A DNA stretch of 64,000 nucleotides, taken from positions 12,033 through 76,032 of the forward strand of contig CAYPEM010000007.1 in NCBI GenBank assembly GCA_964409765.1, in the 5' to 3' direction. The DNA comes from an uncultured Chitinophagaceae bacterium. GTDB lineage: Bacteria > Bacteroidota > Ignavibacteria > UBA10030 > UBA8401. A program made the position numbers and the translations under genes. The notes beneath the pieces are model-generated. The model saw only the letters and a list, made by a program, of their open reading frames with translations, was not told where the DNA came from and did not search any database. Below are positions 1-8,650 of the stretch, piece after piece; the first letter of the stretch is position 1, and each line of letters opens with the position of its first letter.

Positions 1-1
1 T

Positions 2-1483
2 GTTTTGGACGATGCGTGTAAATCCGGAGGACACTGTTTTTTACCGAAAGAGGAATTAGCCGAGCGATCAGCAGTTTTATTGAATGTGGATGAAGCAAAA
101 GTCGAACGGGCAGTTCATTCTGCAATTGAAACAGGATATCTTATCGGTGAAGGGGATGTCGTTTCACCTTTGAAATTATTCGAAGCAGAATCTTACTCTG
201 CAAAAAAACTTGCACAATTATTACATAAAGGTGAACGACCACTTGATAAGAAAAAGCTATATGCAGCTTTAGACCATATCGAACATCGCCATCATATTGA
301 ATTTGCGGAAAAACAACGGCTTGCAGTTGTTAGTGCTGTATTGAATCCAATTACTATTTTAACAGGCGGCCCAGGAACTGGAAAGACTCTGAGCGTCAAT
401 GGAATGATAGAACTAGCCGATGAACTTGGTATGCAATATGTTCTATGTGCACCAACAGGAAGAGCTGCAAAACGCCTTTCAGAAGTAAGTGAGAGGGAAG
501 CAAAGACAATACATCGGCTATTGGAATTCGATCCTAATAGCGGACAGTTTCGTCGAAACGATAATGACCCGATCGAAGCTGATATGGTGATCGTTGATGA
601 AGTATCCATGGTTGATACACAATTATTCGCCTCTTTACTTGCTGCAATGAAACCCGAAGCACAATTGGTTCTTGTCGGAGATGTTGATCAGTTGCCTTCA
701 GTTGGCCCGGGACAAGTATTGCGGGATCTGATTGATTCGAAATCTCTCTCAACGATTCGTTTGGATACGATCTTCCGTCAAGCTGAGAGGAGTTCCATTA
801 TTTCCAATTCTCATAAAATAAATCATGGCGGTGAACCGGAATTTGCTGACGATTTTCAATTTATAGACGCGGAAACACCAGAACAGATTCAGAATCATAT
901 TATTGGATTATGTTCAACAGTACTTCCTCAAAATTATCAATATGATCCGTTTACGGATATTCAGGTACTATCTCCAATGAATAATACTCCAAGCGGCGTA
1001 AAAGAACTGAATAAAAAATTACAACAGGTCTTGAACGGACGCTCTTCAATTTGTTGGCAGGGAAACGAGCGAAAGTTCCTTCATAGTGATAAAGTGATGC
1101 AAATTCGAAATAACTATGAGAAAGAGGTTTATAATGGGGATATTGGTAAAGTTATTGGTGTAGATAAAGAGGAGGGAAGATTATTCGTCAATTTTTATGG
1201 AAAAGATATCGAATATTCTTTCAACGATCTTGATGAACTTGTTCTTTCGTATGCGACAACGATACACAAAAGTCAGGGGAATGAGTTCAATGCAGTGGTC
1301 ATTCCATTGTCGATGTCTCACTTTATTATGCTGCAGAGGAATTTGATTTATACCGCTATTACAAGGGCTAAACAAAGAATATTTCTAGTGGGGCAAAGAA
1401 AAGCCCTTGCAATTGCAATTAATAATGCAAATACCCGTCAGCGAAATACGCAAATGATGAGAAGATTGCAGGCATTGTTATAA
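2..1483 (+). CDS. recD2: RecD2/YrrC-type SF1 DNA helicase, C-terminal ~490 aa (5' end outside window)
   Basis: Frame is open from the window edge. Walker A GGPGTGKT, Walker B-like MVIVDEVSMVD, LVGDVDQLPSVGPG, and C-terminal YATTIHKSQGNEF / TAITRAK helicase motifs. Confidence 0.85.
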   Translation, partial: VLDDACKSGGHCFLPKEELAERSAVLLNVDEAKVERAVHSAIETGYLIGEGDVVSPLKLFEAESYSAKKLAQLLHKGERPLDKKKLYAALDHIEHRHHIEFAEKQRLAVVSAVLNPITILTGGPGTGKTLSVNGMIELADELGMQYVLCAPTGRAAKRLSEVSEREAKTIHRLLEFDPNSGQFRRNDNDPIEADMVIVDEVSMVDTQLFASLLAAMKPEAQLVLVGDVDQLPSVGPGQVLRDLIDSKSLSTIRLDTIFRQAERSSIISNSHKINHGGEPEFADDFQFIDAETPEQIQNHIIGLCSTVLPQNYQYDPFTDIQVLSPMNNTPSGVKELNKKLQQVLNGRSSICWQGNERKFLHSDKVMQIRNNYEKEVYNGDIGKVIGVDKEEGRLFVNFYGKDIEYSFNDLDELVLSYATTIHKSQGNEFNAVVIPLSMSHFIMLQRNLIYTAITRAKQRIFLVGQRKALAIAINNANTRQRNTQMMRRLQALL

Positions 1484-1561
1484 TGATTCATAATTTCATA
1501 GCTTCTTGGTAATAGTTCCTTAACAGGGCATTCTTATATTTTAATAAAAAAAGGAGCTGTT

Positions 1562-1654
1562 ATGGAACACAAAGAACTTGTTTATTTCGCTTTAGCATGC
1601 TTATTTTTGTTAGCTACCTTATGGGATTCAAAGCGTTCCAATCGATCAATGTAA
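1562..1654 (+). CDS. Candidate 30-aa small membrane peptide (MEHKELVYFALACLFLLATLWDSKRSNRSM)
   Basis: AAGGAG at 1551-1556 lies 5 nt before ATG 1562. One hydrophobic helix plus a basic tail, with a hairpin and T-run downstream. Too short for the supplied ORF track. Confidence 0.4.
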   Translation: MEHKELVYFALACLFLLATLWDSKRSNRSM

Positions 1655-1684
1655 TTCAATCACTCTGAATATCCTGTTTTATCA

Positions 1685-1718
1685 CTCTACAGTGTAAACT
1701 GTAGCAGAGAGCTTTTTT
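1685..1718 (+). terminator. Candidate Rho-independent terminator after the small ORF
   Basis: CTACAGT (1687-1693) / ACTGTAG (1698-1704) stem with GTAA loop, extendable with a bulge, then TTTTTT at 1713-1718. Confidence 0.45.
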
Positions 1719-1782
1719 CTTTTCTCCTATTTTATTCCTGCCTATATTTACTCAATGGATTTCACATTGTATTGAGGTAATT

Positions 1783-2298
1783 ATGGAACGTTTATTCTCG
1801 CCTTGGCGGTCAAAATACATTTCGTCTTTTAAAAACGAAAAACCCGGAAAAGGGGAGTCATTATTCTCACGAATATTACGGGAGAAAAAAGATGGAAAAA
1901 ACCTTGTTTTAGTTAGAAAGAATCACTGTTTTGTTATGATGAATCTCTATCCATATAACAGCGGTCATTTAATGATTGTACCATACCAACAGACATCTCA
2001 ATTGAGTGATCTTTCAATTGAGGAAATGTCTGAAATCATGGAAACATCATCTGTCATGATTGAAATACTTAAAAAAGTTTTGAAACCGCATGGATTCAAC
2101 TTTGGAGCAAATCTGGGAAGAGCCGCCGGTGCAGGAGTTGATGATCATATCCATTTTCACATTGTTCCACGGTGGAATGGAGACACCAATTTTATGCCGA
2201 CACTTGGGAATGTGAAAGTTGTTTCTGAAGACATGAGATCGACATATAAAAAAATAAAAAATGAATTGAAATCCATAAAATCAAAAAAGATAAAATGA
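1783..2298 (+). CDS. HIT-family nucleotide hydrolase/transferase (Ap4A phosphorylase-like branch)
   Basis: Histidine triad HIHFHIVPRW; N-terminal SPWRSKYI typical of this HIT branch. Confidence 0.85.
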   Translation: MERLFSPWRSKYISSFKNEKPGKGESLFSRILREKKDGKNLVLVRKNHCFVMMNLYPYNSGHLMIVPYQQTSQLSDLSIEEMSEIMETSSVMIEILKKVLKPHGFNFGANLGRAAGAGVDDHIHFHIVPRWNGDTNFMPTLGNVKVVSEDMRSTYKKIKNELKSIKSKKIK

Positions 2299-3653
2299 AA
2301 AAAATCCTTTTCTTATTGGCCGGAATTTCATGTTGTCTTACTGCTCAGTCTTCTTATGTCAATATTGTTAATCAAATTAAAAACAAAGGTTTAGAAGAGC
2401 TGTACGCTTTTGAAATGCTTAAGGATTTAACTGGGAGTATCGGACACCGGTTGAGTGGTTCAAAGAACTATGAGAAGGCAGTAGTGTGGGGAAAAAAAAT
2501 GTTAAAGAATGTTGGAGCGGACTCAGTATGGTTAGAACCTGTAATGATTCCGCATTGGGTGAGAGGTCGAGAAAAAGCTTCTCTGAAGCTTGTTAATAAA
2601 AAGAAGATAGAATTGTCTATTTGTGCATTAGGCGGTAGTATAGGAACTCCAAAGAATGGAATTCAAGCAGAAGTGATTGAAGTGAAATCATTTGAAGATG
2701 TCAGAGGTTTAGGTAATAAAGCAAAAGGGAAAATATTGTTCTATAATCGTCCTTTTGATAGAACTAATATGAACCCATTCCGAGCGTATGGAGGAGCGGT
2801 GGATCAACGAACCACTGGTGCTATTGAAGCGGCAAAAGTTGGTGCTGTTGCAATTCTTATACGGTCAATAACACCTGCTTTGGATGATGAACCTCATACG
2901 GGGATGATGCGTTATGCTGATTCTGTTGCTCGCATACCGGCAGCCGCAATTAGTACGTTGGATGCAGAACTATTAAGCAAAGAATTAAAAGAAAGAAATG
3001 TTGCTTCAATCAACATTATATTAAGTTGTAAGACATTACCCGATCTCCTTTCGTATAATGTTATAGGCGAAATACGAGGATCCGAATTTCCCAATGAAAT
3101 AATTTTAGTGGGAGGACATTTGGATAGTTGGGACAAAGGTACCGGCGCTCATGATGATGGAAGCGGGGTCGTCCATAGTATTGAAGTTATTCGATTGATC
3201 AAAAACTTAAAAGTAAAGCCTAAACGCACTATTCGCGCAGTACTCTATGCCAACGAAGAGAATGGTTTGCGGGGTGGAATTGCATATGCAGCAAGACAGA
3301 ATAACATCATTGAAAAACATATTGCTGCAATTGAAAGCGATGCAGGAGGAACTTCACCAAGAGGTTTTGGTGTCAATACGGATTCAATAAGATTTGAAAA
3401 ACTACAGACGTATACTTCTTTACTTGAAAATGTAGGAGCAGGGAAATTTGGTAAAGGGGGAGGTGGTGCGGATATAAGCACTCTTGAACAATTTGGAACA
3501 GTTCGAATTGGACTCAATCCTGATCCGCAAAGATATTTTGATTATCACCATTCTCATAATGATACTATTGACAAAGTACATCCACGAGAATTAGAGTTAG
3601 GTGCTATTGCCATTGCGATACTATCATGGGTTATTTCACAAGACGGAATTTGA
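2295..3653 (+). CDS. Secreted M28-family aminopeptidase
   Basis: Signal peptide MKKILFLLAGISCCLTA. Zinc-ligand region GGHLDSWDKGTGAHDDGSG and NEENGLRG. ATGA overlap with the HIT gene. Confidence 0.85.
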   Translation: MKKILFLLAGISCCLTAQSSYVNIVNQIKNKGLEELYAFEMLKDLTGSIGHRLSGSKNYEKAVVWGKKMLKNVGADSVWLEPVMIPHWVRGREKASLKLVNKKKIELSICALGGSIGTPKNGIQAEVIEVKSFEDVRGLGNKAKGKILFYNRPFDRTNMNPFRAYGGAVDQRTTGAIEAAKVGAVAILIRSITPALDDEPHTGMMRYADSVARIPAAAISTLDAELLSKELKERNVASINIILSCKTLPDLLSYNVIGEIRGSEFPNEIILVGGHLDSWDKGTGAHDDGSGVVHSIEVIRLIKNLKVKPKRTIRAVLYANEENGLRGGIAYAARQNNIIEKHIAAIESDAGGTSPRGFGVNTDSIRFEKLQTYTSLLENVGAGKFGKGGGGADISTLEQFGTVRIGLNPDPQRYFDYHHSHNDTIDKVHPRELELGAIAIAILSWVISQDGI

Positions 3654-3676
3654 TTTCAACATTTTCTTATGATTAG

Positions 3677-3706
3677 ATGACGACTTATTGTCGTCATTTT
3701 TATTTT
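3677..3706 (+). terminator. Rho-independent terminator
   Basis: ATGACGAC / GTCGTCAT stem, TTATT loop, followed by TTTTTATTTT. Confidence 0.8.
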
Positions 3707-3725
3707 AAATAATTCTAAAATATGC

Positions 3726-3754
3726 TTGACATTATATAACTAATTAGTTATATT
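3726..3754 (+). promoter_or_regulatory. Sigma-70-type promoter of the MarR gene
   Basis: TTGACA (3726-3731), 17-nt spacer, TATATT (3749-3754). Confidence 0.6.
3734..3753. promoter_or_regulatory. 20-bp perfect palindrome, candidate MarR operator
   Basis: ATATAACTAA|TTAGTTATAT fills the spacer and overlaps the -10 hexamer. Confidence 0.6.
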
Positions 3755-3761
3755 TGAATTA

Positions 3762-4250
3762 GTGATAATTAAAACAGAGAGAACTAATTTGAAAACTACA
3801 GAAAAATATGGAAAAAACGCTGATTTGGCCATATCAATGTGGGTGAAATTGGCCAGAGCTTCAGACACACTTGCGAGATTAACTGCTAAAGATATAGACA
3901 GTTGTGGTTTGACTCCTCCGCAGTTCGGAGTTATTGAATCACTTGGGCATTTGGGACCGATGAAAATTGGGGAAATGTGTTCAAAAAAGATGATGAGTGG
4001 CGGAAATATTACCGTAGTCGTTGACAATTTGGAAAAAATGGGGATGGTTGAGCGTGTAAAGGCAAAAAATGATCGTCGGGCTTACGTGTTGCAATTAACT
4101 GAAAAAGGAAATGAGAAATTTAAGGAAATGTTTCCAAAACATGCTCTTTTTGTTGAAAACCTTGTTTGCTCAGCTCTAACAGAAATTGAACTAAATCAAT
4201 TATCAGCATTGTTGAAGAAATTAGGATTAGCATTGAAACAAAAATTATAA
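3762..4250 (+). CDS. MarR-family transcriptional repressor (MhqR-like by context)
   Basis: Winged-helix MarR layout (GNITVVVDNLEKMGMVERV..NDRRAYVLQLTEKG). Start uncertain: GTG 3762, TTG 3789 or ATG 3837. Confidence 0.85.
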   Translation: MIIKTERTNLKTTEKYGKNADLAISMWVKLARASDTLARLTAKDIDSCGLTPPQFGVIESLGHLGPMKIGEMCSKKMMSGGNITVVVDNLEKMGMVERVKAKNDRRAYVLQLTEKGNEKFKEMFPKHALFVENLVCSALTEIELNQLSALLKKLGLALKQKL

Positions 4251-4297
4251 TTCGTCACACAAATCACATTAATAAATTACCACAAAGGAGCCCCACA

Positions 4298-4873
4298 ATG
4301 AAAAAAATTCTTGTATTTCTAATCGCACTAGCAACATTTGGAACTGCACAAAACAAATGGAAGATTGAAAAATCACATAGTAATATCAATTTTTCAGTCT
4401 CACATCTGGTAGTTTCGGAAGTAACAGGCAAATTCAAAGAATTTTCAGGAACAATCGAAAGCGGGAAAGATGATTTTTCGGACATGAAAGTTGATATTGC
4501 GATCAAATCAAATAGTGTTGATACTGACGAGCCAAAACGAGATGGACATCTAAAAGGTCCGGATTTCTTCAACGCTGCTATTGACAGTATTGTTACATTC
4601 AGAAGCACAAAAGTTGAAAAAAACGGTGAAGGAAAATATAAAGTTACCGGTGATTTAACAATGCGAGGTGTAACAAAACAGGTGATTCTCGATGCTCTTT
4701 TAAAAGGAAAGACAAAAAGTCCATGGGGTCAGACAGTAGCTATCTTCAAATCGAGCACATCAATCAATCGTACCGAATGGGGGTTGAAATGGAATAAAGG
4801 TCTCGAAGCAGGTGGTTTGCTTGTTGGTGAGAATGTCGATCTAATATTCAATATTGAACTTATTCAAGGGTAA
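4298..4873 (+). CDS. yceI: YceI-family periplasmic polyisoprenoid-binding protein
   Basis: Signal peptide. WKIEKSHSNINFSVSHLVVSEVTGKF and LTMRGVTKQV are typical YceI motifs. AAAGGAG ribosome-binding site upstream. Confidence 0.9.
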   Translation: MKKILVFLIALATFGTAQNKWKIEKSHSNINFSVSHLVVSEVTGKFKEFSGTIESGKDDFSDMKVDIAIKSNSVDTDEPKRDGHLKGPDFFNAAIDSIVTFRSTKVEKNGEGKYKVTGDLTMRGVTKQVILDALLKGKTKSPWGQTVAIFKSSTSINRTEWGLKWNKGLEAGGLLVGENVDLIFNIELIQG

Positions 4874-4888
4874 ACATTCTAAGTGAAA

Positions 4889-4912
4889 TATCGAGACGCA
4901 TTATTCTCGATA
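4889..4912 (+). terminator. Hairpin after yceI, weak terminator candidate
   Basis: TATCGAGA / TCTCGATA 8-bp stem with 8-nt loop; only a modest T-rich tail. Confidence 0.4.
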
Positions 4913-5019
4913 CTAAATTTAAATGTTGAGCGTAACTTAACGAAGTTAGATGAACATACGAGCACCACATATTCATCGTGTTGGCACTTCAGAAAATTTA
5001 CGGAAAGCATCATACAACA

Positions 5020-5042
5020 CTGCGCTGCTTAAAGCAGCGCAG
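5020..5042 (+). other. GC-rich 9-bp hairpin upstream of the dioxygenase gene
   Basis: CTGCGCTGC-TTAAA-GCAGCGCAG with no T-run. It lies inside the N-terminal extension of ORF 4978 that I reject. Confidence 0.35.
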
Positions 5043-5082
5043 AAGTTGTTGCCCTAAGAAGCTACAATTGAGATTGCAAAAT

Positions 5083-6045
5083 ATGAAGAATAAAATTTTA
5101 GGAATTCACCACATTACAGCAATGGCGAGCGATGCTCAGCGTAATGTTGATTTTTATGTTTCGGTTCTTGGATTGAGATTTGTGAAAAAATCGATTAACC
5201 AGGATGCACCGGATGTGTACCATTTATACTATGGTGATGAAATCGGAAGTCCTGGGACGGCAATGACTTTTTTCCCTTTTGGAAGAGCGTCCCGCGGTAC
5301 ACGAGGGAACGGCGAAATATCAAGAGTTGGTTTTTCAGTTCCGACATCATCTTTGGATTTTTGGATAAGTCATCTTTCAAAGAAAGGGATTTCATTTTCC
5401 GGGCCAGAACAAAAATATGAAAATGACATTATCACCTTTCTGGATCCAGATGGAATGACGATAGAACTTGTCTTTAGTGACAAACAAACACTAAGATTTC
5501 CTTGGAAAAAAGGTCCGATTCCTATTGAAAATGCTATCCGTAATTTTTATGGCGTTACAATGAATCTTGCATCGTTGGAAGCATCAGCCGTAGTTCTTAA
5601 GGATGTTCTCGGATTTAAGTATGTTTTGCAGAATGGCAGTAAGCATCGTTTTATTATTGGCGAAGGGAGTGATGAAGCAGCTATTGATATTATTGTAGAT
5701 CCAAATATTCCTTCTGCACGTCAATCCGCCGGTTCTGTTCACCATATTGCCTGGAGAGTTAAGGATTTTAATGCACATGAAGAATGGCGGGAACATGTTG
5801 ATCAGCAAGGGCTTTCCCCAACGGAAGTGATTGATAGATTTTATTTTCACTCCATCTATTTCCGTGAACCTGGAGGGATATTATACGAAATTGCATCGGA
5901 TAGCCCAGGATTTACTGTTGATGAATCAGTTGAGGAACTTGGGACACACTTGATGCTTCCTCCTTGGTACGAAATTCATCGTGAGAAGATTGAACGTGCT
6001 TTACCGCCAATTTCAATTCCATTCTTTAAAAATAATTTGCCATGA
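5083..6045 (+). CDS. Two-domain VOC/glyoxalase-type ring-cleaving dioxygenase (MhqA/E/O-like)
   Basis: GIHHITAM at the N-terminus and SVHHIAWRV in the second domain. Start moved to ATG 5083 (MKNKILGIHH). Confidence 0.85.
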   Translation: MKNKILGIHHITAMASDAQRNVDFYVSVLGLRFVKKSINQDAPDVYHLYYGDEIGSPGTAMTFFPFGRASRGTRGNGEISRVGFSVPTSSLDFWISHLSKKGISFSGPEQKYENDIITFLDPDGMTIELVFSDKQTLRFPWKKGPIPIENAIRNFYGVTMNLASLEASAVVLKDVLGFKYVLQNGSKHRFIIGEGSDEAAIDIIVDPNIPSARQSAGSVHHIAWRVKDFNAHEEWREHVDQQGLSPTEVIDRFYFHSIYFREPGGILYEIASDSPGFTVDESVEELGTHLMLPPWYEIHREKIERALPPISIPFFKNNLP

Positions 6046-6713
6046 TTAGAGGATTACAAATCGTTTCAAAAGGAATCGCTCCTCATCATTCGTCAAAAAT
6101 ATTGACAGAAGGCGTTGAACTGTATAAAGCGAAATCTGTGATGATCATGATTCACGGTCGAGGGGCAACTGCAGAGAGTATTTTAGACCTTGCTCAATAT
6201 TTCATTGTTAACGATGTAACATACATTGCTCCTCAGGCAAATGGTGGAACGTGGTATCCGTATAGTTTTTTAATGCCCACTGAACAAAATGAGCCTGGAA
6301 TCACATCAGGGCTGCAAAGAATTTCTGAGATTGTCGATCACGTGGTGTCATTTGGAATTCCTGAACATAAGATAATGCTTTTAGGATTTTCACAGGGAGC
6401 ATGCCTCTCCTTAGAATGGACTGCACGAGGGAATAAAAAAATTGGAGCAGTTTTTGGTCTTAGCGGTGGATTGATTGGACCGAATGGAACGGTTCGGAAT
6501 TATCCGGGCACTTTGCAGAATACTTCAGTGTTCTTAGGGTGCAGTGATGTTGATTTCCATATTCCCAAAGAACGAGTTATTGAAAGCGCTGAAGTATTTA
6601 AAAAATTATATGCGACTGTCCTGATGAAATTATATCCGGATATGGGGCATACTGTAAATGATGATGAAATAGATAATATCATTACAATTATGAAGGATGT
6701 AGCAAGAAAATAA
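6042..6713 (+). CDS. Phospholipase/carboxylesterase-family alpha/beta hydrolase (MhqD-like)
   Basis: Nucleophile elbow GFSQGA; ~220 aa; ATGA overlap with the dioxygenase gene. Confidence 0.85.
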   Translation: MIRGLQIVSKGIAPHHSSKILTEGVELYKAKSVMIMIHGRGATAESILDLAQYFIVNDVTYIAPQANGGTWYPYSFLMPTEQNEPGITSGLQRISEIVDHVVSFGIPEHKIMLLGFSQGACLSLEWTARGNKKIGAVFGLSGGLIGPNGTVRNYPGTLQNTSVFLGCSDVDFHIPKERVIESAEVFKKLYATVLMKLYPDMGHTVNDDEIDNIITIMKDVARK

Positions 6714-7429
6714 TGTTTACAGTATATAAACAAAATGAAGTTGCGACAAACCATGAGCCTTGGGGAAGATCCATTGAGACTTTCTTTGGCTCTGATAATG
6801 AAAAATATTTAGGTTTTGGAAACCTTGTCCAATTGACACGAACAACGTTGAAGAATAGTGCAGACCGAGCTCCTATGCAGATGCACAAGAATATGGAAAT
6901 TGTTGATATTATTTTGGATGGATCTGCTGAATTTCAAGATAGTTTTGGACAATTATCATTTTTTCCATCAAATACTCTTCAAGTTTTATCGGCTGGCAGT
7001 GGAATATATCGTCGAGAATTAACCTCCGATGAGAAACCAGCAGAAATGATTCAATTGGGATTTTTACCTGATAAACTGAACCAACCCGTAATTAAAACAA
7101 AGGCGTTATTTGACCTACAGAAAAATAGAAATTCATTTGTGGAGTTGATTTCGCCGGCAAATGCGTCATCACTTACAATTCGCCAGCAAGCAGCGGTTTT
7201 GCTTGGAGAATTCGAAACAGATCAGCATATTGGATATGGTTTGAACAATAGTTTAGTTGGCTTATTCGTCTATATTGTTAAGGGAAAGGTCATCATCCAG
7301 AATAATATAATGCTGTCCGGTGAGGGTATAGGAATAACAGAAGAAGATCAAATAATAATGCATATTGCAGAACCATCAATAGTATTATTGATCGAACTTG
7401 AACTAATTAATCAATTGGAGAATTCATGA
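6713..7429 (+). CDS. Pirin/YhhW-like bicupin with a degenerate metal site
   Basis: Alignable along its length to E. coli YhhW as I recall it. MQMHKNMEI replaces THPHKDMEI and GIYRRE replaces GIRHSE. Confidence 0.7.
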   Translation: MFTVYKQNEVATNHEPWGRSIETFFGSDNEKYLGFGNLVQLTRTTLKNSADRAPMQMHKNMEIVDIILDGSAEFQDSFGQLSFFPSNTLQVLSAGSGIYRRELTSDEKPAEMIQLGFLPDKLNQPVIKTKALFDLQKNRNSFVELISPANASSLTIRQQAAVLLGEFETDQHIGYGLNNSLVGLFVYIVKGKVIIQNNIMLSGEGIGITEEDQIIMHIAEPSIVLLIELELINQLENS

Positions 7430-7722
7430 GAACATTTATGGTCGAAGTTCGTTTACCGTTCGATCCACCGCAGGAGTTTTTTGCGTTGATTCCATCTCAG
7501 CGGGCTATGGTAGTGGAGCTTTTGACAAAGAGGAAATTTTTAAGCTATACACTTGCAGCCGATCGTTCCAAAGTTTGGATCGTTATGTTAGCTGAATCCG
7601 AAGTTGATGCTCGTGAGATGCTTGAAAAACAACCAATGGATCAATATTTTAGTTATACATTTACAGAATTAATGTTTCACGATATGGCGGGAGCAATGTT
7701 CCCGGCGGTTTCATTGAATTAA
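7426..7722 (+). CDS. Small hypothetical protein (muconolactone-isomerase-like size and pattern, unverified)
   Basis: 98 aa; ATGA overlap with the pirin-like gene; no diagnostic motif. Confidence 0.5.
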   Translation: MRTFMVEVRLPFDPPQEFFALIPSQRAMVVELLTKRKFLSYTLAADRSKVWIVMLAESEVDAREMLEKQPMDQYFSYTFTELMFHDMAGAMFPAVSLN

Positions 7723-7727
7723 TTTGT

Positions 7728-8600
7728 ATGAACAGGAAAGAATTTCTGATTTTTGCAGCGGCTTTACCTTTTACTGAAAGCGTTATGAATCTTCACGAAT
7801 TTAAAAATTTGACCGATGATGCGAGCAAAACGGAGCGCATGCCTTTACTCTTCATAGGCCATGGTAATCCAATGAATGCCATCGAAGACAACAAGTTTAG
7901 CAATACCTGGAAAGATTTTGGAAAGACACTTCCTAAACCGAAGGCGATTCTTTCAGTGTCAGCACATTGGCTCACACGAGGAACTAAAGTTACGGCAATG
8001 GAAAAACCAAAAACAATTCATGATTTTGGCGGTTTTCCTGAAAAATTATTTGCACAGCAATATCCGGCACCGGGTGCACCGGAGCTTGCAAAAGAAACCA
8101 AAGCGCTTGTAGCTAAGCCACATATTATGCTGGATGATGATTGGGGATTTGATCACGGTACGTGGAGTGTGCTGATCCAAATGTTCCCAAAAGCAGATAT
8201 TCCAGTATTTCAACTTAGCATTGATTATAACCAATCAATGCAATATCATTTTGACATTGCACAACAGTTACAGGTTCTGCGTGAAAAAGGAGTTTTAATC
8301 ATCGGAAGCGGGAATATCGTTCATAATTTGCAGGCTGTAACATTTAATAGTAATAAACCGTACGATTGGGCAATAGAATTTGATGCAACTATTTCACAAT
8401 GGATTGAATCAGGAAATCACAAAGCAATTCTTGATTTTCAAAAGCTAGGAACTTTGGCAAATGCAGCTCATCCTACCTATGATCATTTTCTTCCGTTAAT
8501 GTATGTTCTTGGATTCCAACATAAAAAGGAAACACCCTCATTTTTTAATAATGATTTTGATATGAGCTCAGTTTCAATGAGATCAGTCATTTATCAATAA
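7728..8600 (+). CDS. ygiD: Class III extradiol dioxygenase, 4,5-DOPA dioxygenase family (YgiD-like)
   Basis: LFIGHGNPMNA, SAHW, DHGTWSVL and IIGSGNIVHNL motifs. Confidence 0.85.
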   Translation: MNRKEFLIFAAALPFTESVMNLHEFKNLTDDASKTERMPLLFIGHGNPMNAIEDNKFSNTWKDFGKTLPKPKAILSVSAHWLTRGTKVTAMEKPKTIHDFGGFPEKLFAQQYPAPGAPELAKETKALVAKPHIMLDDDWGFDHGTWSVLIQMFPKADIPVFQLSIDYNQSMQYHFDIAQQLQVLREKGVLIIGSGNIVHNLQAVTFNSNKPYDWAIEFDATISQWIESGNHKAILDFQKLGTLANAAHPTYDHFLPLMYVLGFQHKKETPSFFNNDFDMSSVSMRSVIYQ

Positions 8601-8625
8601 TTATTTTTAACCGAAGGAATTTTGT

Positions 8626-8650
8626 AAAGCCAGCATTTGCTGGCTTTTTT
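8626..8650. terminator. Bidirectional terminator between convergent genes
   Basis: AAAGCCAGCA / TGCTGGCTTT palindrome followed by TTTTTT; an A-run on the other side serves the minus strand. Confidence 0.75.

Noticed and set aside
4978-5082. N-terminal 35-aa extension of the ring-cleaving dioxygenase ORF
   Set aside because: The extension is Cys/Arg/Lys-rich, translates through a 9-bp GC hairpin (5020-5042), and precedes the conserved MKNKILGIHH start. ATG 5083 is preferred.
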